Positions 1 through 8,900 of a DNA stretch of 64,000 bases are shown piece by piece; the first letter of the stretch is position 1, and the number at the start of each line of letters is the position of its first letter. The position numbers were made by a program, and so were the translations under genes. The stretch spans positions 32,001 through 96,000 of IMG/VR virus record IMGVR_UViG_3300044695_006747. One strand, given 5' to 3'. A model generated the notes under the pieces. The model was not told the DNA's origin, did no database searches, and saw nothing but the letters and a program-made list of their open reading frames with translations. The DNA is from a virus.

Positions 1-4
1 TATT

Positions 5-250
5 ATGACAAGTAATCCAACTATTATTATTAGATCTACTCCTAGATATGTTTCTATAGTAGGAAATAATCCTAATATTTATCTGCCACCAGCTGCTGCT
101 CCAACAGCAGAAAATAGCATAGGAGCACCAGGAGAATTAAGATATGATACTCAAGCACTATATGTCTGTGTGTCTAATAACTTTTGGAAAAAAATAGATT
201 TGTTAAATTTTAGCGACCCTTTGGATACTATTGATGGCGGTGATATATGA
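5..250 (+). CDS. Small virion protein with fibre-tip-like motif
   Basis: 81-aa ORF with G..GELRYD..ALYVCVS.NFWKKI, a pattern common in short phage fibre/decoration domains; ATGA overlap with next gene. Confidence 0.5.
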   Translation: MTSNPTIIIRSTPRYVSIVGNNPNIYLPPAAAPTAENSIGAPGELRYDTQALYVCVSNNFWKKIDLLNFSDPLDTIDGGDI

Positions 251-768
251 CAGACTTTGCTTCTTTACTAGGACCATCTTTTAAAGGACTATTTAATAGT
301 GCTATAGACGGAATACTAGACTCAAATGCACTATCTGTTGAGTGTAAGCTATACTATGATACAACAGACGCTATTTATTGTAATAATTGTGTATTTGATC
401 CTATCCTAAATAAATCCTTTAATAAATATAATAGCACAGGACCACTTAATTTCCCAGAGGGCTCAATTTGTCCTGTTTGTGGAGGATACGGTAAAATATT
501 ACATGACACCACAGAAAATATCTATATGGCTATGATATTTGACAGTAAATATTGGATGAATTGGGGACCAAACTTTATTAATATTCCGAACCTCGCCGCT
601 CAAAGTTTATCTCCTATTAGTATGATGCCAAAAATTTTAAATTCTAGTAAATTAGTTATTGTTAATGTGGAACAGTATGATAATGGGTCGTACTCAAAGG
701 CTGGTCAGCCAACACCTATGGGACTAGGAAACCATAATTATATTCTAACTAATTGGACAAGACCATGA
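247..768 (+). CDS. Putative head-closure/neck protein with CxxC...CxxC insert
   Basis: 173-aa ORF upstream of the tail tube gene; CNNC and CPVC motifs. Function inferred from position only. Confidence 0.45.
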   Translation: MTDFASLLGPSFKGLFNSAIDGILDSNALSVECKLYYDTTDAIYCNNCVFDPILNKSFNKYNSTGPLNFPEGSICPVCGGYGKILHDTTENIYMAMIFDSKYWMNWGPNFINIPNLAAQSLSPISMMPKILNSSKLVIVNVEQYDNGSYSKAGQPTPMGLGNHNYILTNWTRP

Positions 769-1409
769 ATATAACTTTAAAAATATTAGAAAGCGATAAA
801 CAAATTAATCAATTAATATTAAATGAATTATCACAACAAATATCAAAAATTTTTTCAAAAAGCTCAAAAATTATTCTTAATAAAGTTAAAGAACTAATTA
901 GATCAGTTATAGTCTCGCAACCAGAATATTCTGCTCTTAAAAGTGGATCATTGAGACTAGAGTTGGGCATACCAGACACGACGGTTGTTGACAATATAGT
1001 TTCATCGCTATCAAACACAACAAATATTGAACTAAAACCAATAAAAATATCTGGAAATAAATTGTCTGGAGGATTTTTAATAACATTCTTAGACGATGCA
1101 CAATTACAAAGTATTATTGATAGTCCAGATGGTATGGTAAACGATGCTAAGGGTTATTCTTTGCCATGGTTAAAATGGCTCCTGTCAGAAGGGGTCAAAC
1201 CAATAGTAAAAGGCTACAGCGTTAGAATAGGTCCAAACAGAGCCTCAAGAACAGGTATGGCTATCATGGTGAATTCAGCATCTTCGTGGAGTGTTCCTGC
1301 TCAGTTTGCTGGTAACAAAACTAATAACTGGATTACCAGAGCAATAGGAGATATTGAGGATAATAGAATATCCTCTATAATACAAGAGGAGGTAACCAAA
1401 AATCTATGA
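765..1409 (+). CDS. Putative neck/tail-completion protein
   Basis: ORF 753..1409; ATG at 765 forms an ATGA overlap with the upstream stop; ends in NWITRAI, reminiscent of HK97 gp10-like proteins; synteny. Confidence 0.45.
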   Translation: MNITLKILESDKQINQLILNELSQQISKIFSKSSKIILNKVKELIRSVIVSQPEYSALKSGSLRLELGIPDTTVVDNIVSSLSNTTNIELKPIKISGNKLSGGFLITFLDDAQLQSIIDSPDGMVNDAKGYSLPWLKWLLSEGVKPIVKGYSVRIGPNRASRTGMAIMVNSASSWSVPAQFAGNKTNNWITRAIGDIEDNRISSIIQEEVTKNL

Positions 1410-2371
1410 GCTGCGATATACCGGCCACATTTCATAATGTGCAATCATTAAACGACACATTCTATATTTCATCTGTGGAAGAAAATCTAAAAAGTTTTCT
1501 TGATTTTGGTTTTTTAAATATTGGTGGTTTTATTAATGTAAATATTCCTACTAGTGGATTATATGGTAATAATTTTCATGTATTAAAAAATACTACTGAT
1601 CCAGGATATACAGGGAATAAAGTTTGGCAAACGCCCAAAAAAAATTGGGTATGGGAATCTGGAATATCTTATAATGGATCATCTCCTAAAAATATTAGTG
1701 GAGTTATTGTTAATGGAGTAGGATATCCAGCACCAACAGGAAGTGGATCCGTAACATATTCTTTAGATTATGAAAATGGAAGAGTAGTCTTTAACTCATC
1801 TTTGACTACAGCATCATCCGTACAAATGGCATATTCTTACAGGTGGTGCAATGTTTTAAAATCTAGCGATAATAATGGATGGCAATATTTACAACAATTG
1901 TCATATCAGCCCAGTAATAGCATGAATACTAATAATAAAGGAGACAATGCTATATTGGCCAATCATAGATTACAAATGCCAGCTATAGTCATAGAAACCA
2001 CAGCTAAAAATAATGATATTCCTTACGAGTTGGGATCATTAGTATCTTATAGGCAACAGGACATATTATTACATATTTATACTGAAAATATAAATGATCT
2101 TAATAATATTATGGACATAATTAGATATCAAAAAGAAAAAACCATACAACTATACGATATAAAGAAAGTTGTCAATTCTGGTGTTTATGGATTAAATGCT
2201 AATGGATCTAAAAATTCAAATGCTTTAAATTATAGTCAATTAATTAATAATACTACTTTTCATTGGAATAAAATGTATATCAAGGATATCAGCTTCTTGG
2301 ACATTCAAAAAAACAACACTTCGAATAATTTCTGGTGTATAATTAGGTTAACTTCCGAAATTATCTTATAA
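1406..2371 (+). CDS. Putative tail terminator-like structural protein
   Basis: 321-aa ORF directly before the tail tube gene; C-terminal MPAIVIE...QDILLHIYTEN...DII pattern fits a terminator fold. Confidence 0.45.
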   Translation: MSCDIPATFHNVQSLNDTFYISSVEENLKSFLDFGFLNIGGFINVNIPTSGLYGNNFHVLKNTTDPGYTGNKVWQTPKKNWVWESGISYNGSSPKNISGVIVNGVGYPAPTGSGSVTYSLDYENGRVVFNSSLTTASSVQMAYSYRWCNVLKSSDNNGWQYLQQLSYQPSNSMNTNNKGDNAILANHRLQMPAIVIETTAKNNDIPYELGSLVSYRQQDILLHIYTENINDLNNIMDIIRYQKEKTIQLYDIKKVVNSGVYGLNANGSKNSNALNYSQLINNTTFHWNKMYIKDISFLDIQKNNTSNNFWCIIRLTSEIIL

Positions 2372-2390
2372 CAGTTCAAGGGGTTATATT

Positions 2391-3449
2391 ATGGCAAATA
2401 ATCGTATCTACTACGCTATTCAAGCTGTCAAAATGAAGCCATGCCAAACAAACGATGGCGGCACATCATATACATATGCAAGTACTGAAAGAGTACTTAG
2501 AGGTATTCAAAGTATTGGTATTACAAGTAATTTTAATCTTGAACAGGTTTATCAGCTTGGACAAGTTGAACTATACGATCAAGTAGAAGAAGTACCAGAT
2601 ATCGAAGTAACATTAAGCAAGGTAATTGATGGTACTCGTTTAGTTTATAACACTGCTAATGATGGTAGTGCTTATGGTAGTAGTAATGGTAAAAATCTAG
2701 CCGAACTAACAAATCGTAGATGCGACGTGGCTCTTGGTATTTGGGATGATACACGTTTTATCACTAGCGGTAGCGCTGATTATTATGTTGTTTGCACAGG
2801 TATGTATGTATCAGCAGTAACATATAACTTTGTTACCGATGGTAATCTTTCAGAAGATGTTACTCTAGTTGGTAATCATAAAAAGTGGAGCTTAGCTACT
2901 GGCGGCGGTATTGCTAGTTTTAGCAGTGGTATCGGAACCACAGCAGAAACCAAACGAGTTGCTCGTAGATGGTCATTAAGTAGAGAAAATACTTTACTAC
3001 CAAGTGGTACTGGTGGTGGTATCAGAGGCACATGGGGTAGCGGACTACACGTTAATAGCATGACACTGAGCACAACTCTTGGTCGTGAAGCTATCAACGA
3101 ACTTGGTCGTAGAACACCATATTATCGCTACGTATCCTTCCCAGTTGAAGTTACAGCAGAATTTGAAGTAACAGCAACAGAAGGAGATAATGTTGATGCT
3201 GATGACTTTGAAACACAAACAGGTTGCGAAGCCGCAAAAGCAACCAATTTAAGAGATCATGCAATCAAGGTTGTTGTTTGTGATGCAAACGTAACACCAG
3301 CAGCAACAGGTTATGTAATCGATCTTGGTACTAAGAATAAGTTAACTAGTGTTAATTATACAGGTGGTGATACTGGAGGTGGTAATGCTACGATAACATA
3401 TAGTTATCAAACATTCAACTTCTTTACAGTTGCTAGTCCAGCAGTATAA
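2391..3449 (+). CDS. Major tail (tube) protein
   Basis: 352 aa, G/T/S/A-rich and beta-strand-like (GIQSIGITSNFNLEQVYQLGQ; EAINELGRRTPYYRYVSFPVEVTAEFEV); lies upstream of chaperone genes and TMP. Confidence 0.7.
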   Translation: MANNRIYYAIQAVKMKPCQTNDGGTSYTYASTERVLRGIQSIGITSNFNLEQVYQLGQVELYDQVEEVPDIEVTLSKVIDGTRLVYNTANDGSAYGSSNGKNLAELTNRRCDVALGIWDDTRFITSGSADYYVVCTGMYVSAVTYNFVTDGNLSEDVTLVGNHKKWSLATGGGIASFSSGIGTTAETKRVARRWSLSRENTLLPSGTGGGIRGTWGSGLHVNSMTLSTTLGREAINELGRRTPYYRYVSFPVEVTAEFEVTATEGDNVDADDFETQTGCEAAKATNLRDHAIKVVVCDANVTPAATGYVIDLGTKNKLTSVNYTGGDTGGGNATITYSYQTFNFFTVASPAV

Positions 3450-3493
3450 TAAGATATACATTAGTTAGCACAAGACAAAACAGGAGGACCAAA

Positions 3494-3643
3494 ATGGACA
3501 ACAATGAATATCTATTTACTATTATTGGTAAATTATATGCAGATATGCATAATGCTCAAAGGATTATAGAAGTTTTACAGACAAAAATTAAAGAAAAGGA
3601 TCAGGAAATTGTTGATCTTAAAAAGGATATAAAGAATTATTAA
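3494..3643 (+). CDS. Small coiled-coil hypothetical protein (49 aa), not in ORF track
   Basis: GGAGGA RBS, ATG at 3494, TAA at 3641-3643; MDNNEYLFTIIGKLYADMHNAQRIIEVLQTKIKEKDQEIVDLKKDIKNY. Confidence 0.7.
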   Translation: MDNNEYLFTIIGKLYADMHNAQRIIEVLQTKIKEKDQEIVDLKKDIKNY

Positions 3644-3649
3644 TGCACA

Positions 3650-4681
3650 ATGGATCATTCGTTAGTATCTTTATTGATACACAGAATCGGCTCAGGAAAA
3701 TTTTATTTTACTCACAAAGATTGTGAATATGTTTTTTTACAGCCATCTAGCGATATAAAATATAGAGCCGAGTTAATATATCAAAATTATATAGAAGAAA
3801 ATAAATATAACTATAACTGGTATAAAGAAAATATTACTAAATTATTAATATATTTATCTCTATGGAATGATAGTGATCAAAAATATTTAGATGAATTAGA
3901 AAAAAAAATAGAAAATATTAAATTAGATATGTATTTAAGTAAACTTAATAAAGATAAAATTAAAAAGTATAAATCGGAACTTAGCAAAACTAAAGAATCC
4001 ATTAATAAATTACTTAATACAAAACATTGCTTGGACTATCTAACAATAGAGGATGCTGCTAGTAATGCCAAAAATGAATTTACTATGATTAATAGTATAC
4101 ATTTTAATAATAACAATCTAGATCGTGTTTTTTCTAAAAATATAAGTGATATATCGTATTCTCATTTTAATGAAATAGCGCTACATGTTGGATCTAATCT
4201 AATTTCAATTGAAGATTACAAAAATGTTGCTCGTAGTGAACAGTGGAAAGCTATTTGGAATAGTAATAAAAATAATCTTTTTAATAAAAGCGCTTATGAT
4301 TTATCAGATGAACAAAAAACACTAATTAGTATATCAAATATGTATGATAGAATTTATGAACATCCAGAATGTCCAGGAGACGACGTAATTAATGATGACG
4401 ATATATTAGATGGATGGATGATATATCAAAGAAACAAAGCTGATAAGATTAAAAAACAAAATAGTGCTCAAGAACTAGCTAATAAACATAAAAATGCTAA
4501 AGAAATTTTTGTTGTTGCAGATAAGGAGGATGTTAATGATATATTAGATTTGAATTCTAGTGTATCTTCATCTATTATAAAACAAAGACGTGGACTAATT
4601 AGAAACTCAAAAGAAGGTGTGGACGAGGTAAATCTGCCGGATGTGCAGATGGAACTGTTGCAAAAAATTAATAAAAGGTAA
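3650..4681 (+). CDS. Tail assembly chaperone-like protein, long (GT-like) paralog
   Basis: N-terminal half aligns by eye with ORF 4999..5898 (LWNDSDQK/LWNDEKQAK; LDYLTIEDAASNAK/LDNHSAEGQADNAR); extra C-terminal YEHPECPGDDVINDDDILDGW segment. Confidence 0.55.
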   Translation: MDHSLVSLLIHRIGSGKFYFTHKDCEYVFLQPSSDIKYRAELIYQNYIEENKYNYNWYKENITKLLIYLSLWNDSDQKYLDELEKKIENIKLDMYLSKLNKDKIKKYKSELSKTKESINKLLNTKHCLDYLTIEDAASNAKNEFTMINSIHFNNNNLDRVFSKNISDISYSHFNEIALHVGSNLISIEDYKNVARSEQWKAIWNSNKNNLFNKSAYDLSDEQKTLISISNMYDRIYEHPECPGDDVINDDDILDGWMIYQRNKADKIKKQNSAQELANKHKNAKEIFVVADKEDVNDILDLNSSVSSSIIKQRRGLIRNSKEGVDEVNLPDVQMELLQKINKR

Positions 4682-4687
4682 TTTATA

Positions 4688-5002
4688 ATGAACAATGATA
4701 AAATAAATTATGCTATACAAATAGCAGCCAAAAGACTAGAGACTACTATGATAGGAGCTTTGGCACGATTTGAAACAAGTTTTGGACACCTATGGGGACA
4801 TCATAAGGATTTTGAAGAAAAGCTCACTGAAAAAGAAGAATATTTCGATAATGTTTGGCAAGATTTAAGAAATAATATTCTTAATCATGGCAATAATCAA
4901 ATCCGCGGACTTCACACAGATTTGCAAAAATGTTTAACTGATAAACCAATAACAAAATATGAATATAAATTTAATACGAAAATAAAGGAGGACGATCAAT
5001 GA
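4688..5002 (+). CDS. Hypothetical protein in tail operon
   Basis: 104-aa ORF with ATGA coupling to the next gene. Confidence 0.7.
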   Translation: MNNDKINYAIQIAAKRLETTMIGALARFETSFGHLWGHHKDFEEKLTEKEEYFDNVWQDLRNNILNHGNNQIRGLHTDLQKCLTDKPITKYEYKFNTKIKEDDQ

Positions 5003-5898
5003 ATTCTAAAAACTTTACAGCAACAGTTGATGGTAAGAATATTGAGCTTACAGTAAGAACACCATCGTTACAAGATCAACGAGAGGGTCAAAAAGTTTAT
5101 AATCAGGCTTTCACAGATGCTATTAAAAGCAAGAGCGTAGTACGAGCAAAACTGGACGATCTATTACAAGAACAGGGCTTGTGGAACGACGAGAAACAGG
5201 CTAAGTTCACATCTCTGCAAAAAGAACTCTTAGACGGAGAAAAAAGACTAGCTAAGGGTGGTTTCGGTATTAAAGAGGCTAAATCATTAGCTTTGAAGAT
5301 GAGAAATGTTAGAGATGAAATAAGAGATCTAATTAGTGTTAGAACTAGTTTAGATAATCATAGTGCGGAAGGACAAGCAGATAATGCTAGATTTAATTAT
5401 TTAGTATCAGTCTGTGTGGTGTATAAAGATACTAATGAACCATATTTCAAGAGTTTGGAAGAGTATCTAAATAGCGCTGATAATCCAGTTGCTATGTTAG
5501 GTGCCCAAACACTGGCCACTATGGTTTATGGATTGGATAACAATTTTGAGAAAACATTACCTGAAAATAAGTTTTTACAAAAATATAAGTTTGTTGACGA
5601 AAAACTTAGACTTATAGATAAGCAAGGCAGATTAACAGATGCAGAAGGTCGCTTAATTGATGAAAAAGGCAGATACATTGATGAGCAAGGTAATTATGTT
5701 GACAAGTTTGGCAACAAGGTTGATAAAGATGGCGAGTACCTTATCGACGCCGAGCCATTCTTGGATGAGGATGGAAAGCCAATTATTCTAGAAGAAAATA
5801 AAGCACAAGCTAAGGAAGAGGTAAAACAGAATGAAACGACTGTTACTAAATCAGTGTCAGACACATCTGTTACTTCTAGCACCACAGTTGATTCCTGA
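4999..5898 (+). CDS. Tail assembly chaperone-like protein (G-like)
   Basis: 299-aa helical ORF immediately upstream of the TMP; strong GGAGGA RBS. Confidence 0.6.
   Translation: MNSKNFTATVDGKNIELTVRTPSLQDQREGQKVYNQAFTDAIKSKSVVRAKLDDLLQEQGLWNDEKQAKFTSLQKELLDGEKRLAKGGFGIKEAKSLALKMRNVRDEIRDLISVRTSLDNHSAEGQADNARFNYLVSVCVVYKDTNEPYFKSLEEYLNSADNPVAMLGAQTLATMVYGLDNNFEKTLPENKFLQKYKFVDEKLRLIDKQGRLTDAEGRLIDEKGRYIDEQGNYVDKFGNKVDKDGEYLIDAEPFLDEDGKPIILEENKAQAKEEVKQNETTVTKSVSDTSVTSSTTVDS
5596..5742 (+). repeat. About 7 tandem 7-aa D-x-x-G-x-x-(I/V) repeats in the chaperone C-terminus
   Basis: DEKLRLI DKQGRLT DAEGRLI DEKGRYI DEQGNYV DKFGNKV DKDGEYL. Confidence 0.85.
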
Positions 5899-5923
5899 TA
5901 ATCTGATTATCAATTTTATATAC

Positions 5924-5961
5924 AATAGCACCATATTATCTAGCGATAGTATGGTGTTATT
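5924..5961 (+). terminator. Hairpin terminator/attenuator between chaperone and TMP genes
   Basis: AATAGCACCATATTATC-tagc-GATAGTATGGTGTTATT: 17-bp stem with two G-U pairs that form only on the + transcript; followed by a T-rich tract. Confidence 0.6.
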
Positions 5962-5981
5962 TATTTAGGATATAATTTATT

Positions 5982-8900
5982 ATGGCTAAAGGTTTTAATC
6001 TAACGGCAGAACTTAATATAAGAGGACCTAATAATCTTAGGACTGTTGTTTCTAATATTAAAAAACAGGTTGGAAGTATTACAGCTAATATTACTCCAAC
6101 TGTTAATAGAAGTAATATCAGAACCATAGCGACAGATATTAGATCTCAATTAGGTAATATCAATGTTGCTGTGGGTGTTACTGCTAATAGATCCTCAATA
6201 CAAAATTTATCTAGGGATATTAGAAATAGACTATCCGGTATAGATGTACCAGTTTCTGTTAGAATCAATAGAGCGTCTATAACAGCAGCTAGAAGAGATA
6301 TAACTAGACAGCTTGGAAGCATAAATGCAAATGTAAACATAGCAATCAGTGCCACAGCAACTAGAAATGCTGCTGGTTTAAATAGAACTTTAACCGGGCT
6401 AAATCAAACACTAAATCAAACAACAACATCTGCCACCAATGCCGCTGCGGCAATACAATCTTTTGCTGCTGCTATGAGAGGAGCTGCTAGTGTTAATATT
6501 CCAAGAAATATTAATATTGGTTTAAATACTGCAAATACAAATGCAACTAATGCCGCTGCTAGTGTGCAACAACTTGGTGGAGAAGTAGAAAATTTCGGTA
6601 GACAAGCTGGATTAGCTATTCGTAGATTCGCTGCATTCACCACTGTTACGTCAGTATTTTATGGGTTAGCTAGAGCAGTACAGTCTGGTATAACTTCTTT
6701 TATAGATTTTGATAGAGAATTAGTAAGAATATCTCAAGTTACTGGAGATAACATTAGAGATGTTAATAAACTAGCATCAACAGTAACACAATTAGCAACC
6801 ACATATGGTGTTTCTTCAAAAGAGCTTGCTGGAGTATCGTTAACATTAGCTCAGGCTGGTTTAACCGCTAAAGAAACCGATAGGGCTTTGAAAGCGTTAG
6901 CTCTTAGCGCATTAGCACCATCGTTCGATGATTTAAATAGTACAGTAGAAGGCTCTATTGCTCTTATGAGACAGTTTGGTATTAGTACAAATCAATTAGA
7001 GGGTGCATTAGGTAGTATCAATTCAGTTGCCGCCAAGTTCGCTGTCGAAGCAAGCGATATTATCGCTGCTATTCAGCGTACCGGTGGTGTGTTTGCTGCT
7101 GCTAGCAAGGGCGTTAGCGAAGGAACAGACGCCTTAAATGAATTCGTTGCAGTATTCACAAGTATCCGTGCTACAACTCGTGAAAGTGCTGAAACAATTG
7201 CTACTGGATTAAGAACAATTTTTACAAGAATTCAAAGAGGGCCAACTATTGAGGCTCTTAAACAATTTGGTGTTAATCTAACGGATGTTGAAGGTAAATT
7301 CGTTGGAGCATATAAAGCGGTTCAATTACTTAGTGAAGGATTAACAAGACTAGATCCTAGAGATTTACGATTTAGTCAAATTGTTGAAGAACTTGGCGGT
7401 TTCCGACAGATTGGCAAAGTTATTCCACTTATTCAAGAATTTGCCACAGCACAGGAAGCACTAAAAGTCGCGCAGACTGGTTCTGGTTCTTTGGCTGAAG
7501 ATGCAGCAAAAGGACAACTAGCGCTTGCTGTACAAATATCAAAAGTACGAGAAGAATTTGCTGCTTTAATTAGAAGTGTTGGAGATACATCATCTTTTAG
7601 AACATTAGTTAAATTAGGATTAGATTTGGCTAGTTCACTAATACAGGTAGCAGATGCGGCAAAAGAATTACTGCCATTAATAGGAATATTTACAGCGATC
7701 AGGGGTGCTCAAGCTCTTACCAGATTTGGAGCCGGATTCGCTCAAGGAGTTAGAGGCGCTCCAACAAGAGGTTTTGCTAGTGGTGGATATGTTCCCGGTG
7801 TTGGTAATAGTGATACCGTGCCCGCTATGCTTACACCAGGAGAATTTGTGATTCGTAAAAAAGCAGTACAAAAAATTGGTGTTGGCAATCTAGCAAAAAT
7901 TAATAGAAATAGTGGTGGATATATTCCGGAACAATATTTCAATGATGGTGGTCAAGTACAAAGATTCGGGATAGGAGGAGGAGCCAAGAAAAAAGGGGTA
8001 AATTGGAAAAGTCTTATTAAAGGTAGGGGTAAAAAGGGATCTCGCGGACCAAGAGGTAGATTTGATTTACCACAACCCGGAGATGCAGATTTTGCTAAAT
8101 GGCAACGCGAAATATATGCAGAATACGATGCAGATCCGTCTCTTACAAGAGTAAAAGTAAATGGTATACCAATGCCACCAGAAATTGCTTATGCTAATCA
8201 ACTTATAACTGAAGAAGTTTTTGGTGATAATGTTAGAAAAAAATCTGGAAAACTTAAAAAAACACCACTGGGTTTACTCATAAGTGCTGCGAAAATGCCA
8301 CGAGGGCCACGAGCACCAGCCGGTGAAATGGAAAAAATTATGGCTGGTTATCAGCAATCTCCTCAATTTCAAAAAGAAGCCGGAGGGGCAGGATCTTCTC
8401 TATTCGCAACATTAAAAGGACCATTAGCATCATTTAAAAAGGGTGGTACTTTTGGTGGAGTTATAACCCCAGGATCAGATAATGCTACACAAATAAAAGC
8501 AGCTTTGGGTAAATTACTAACTCAATCATCTGGTCAGGATGCTGTTAAAGCTAAAACAGCATTAGATAAATTCGATTCTTTCATTGCTGGTGGAACACCA
8601 GAAAAACCCGGACACGTTTCTCATTTTACCTGGGCAATGAATCAGATATTCAAAAAAGGAATAGCAACATTTGGTAGGGGAGGATCAGCATCCAGAAGAA
8701 TGGGCGTATTTGATTTTGATATGACAACAGGAATAACGAAACAAAAAGAAACGCCAAGCTTATCTGGTTTTAGAGATCCTAAATTAGCAGTACCAGATAT
8801 ACTTGGGGCTTCTCCTACGGGATTATTAGAATTAATGAAAAAATACGGAGCCTCTAAAGTATTAACTGCTAGAAGTGGTGGGCCAAGAGGAGAAATGAGA

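Noticed and set aside
2391-5898. Contractile tail sheath gene
   Set aside because: No ORF here has recognisable sheath motifs; the tube-chaperone-TMP order fits a non-contractile tail, although a sheath gene outside the window cannot be excluded.
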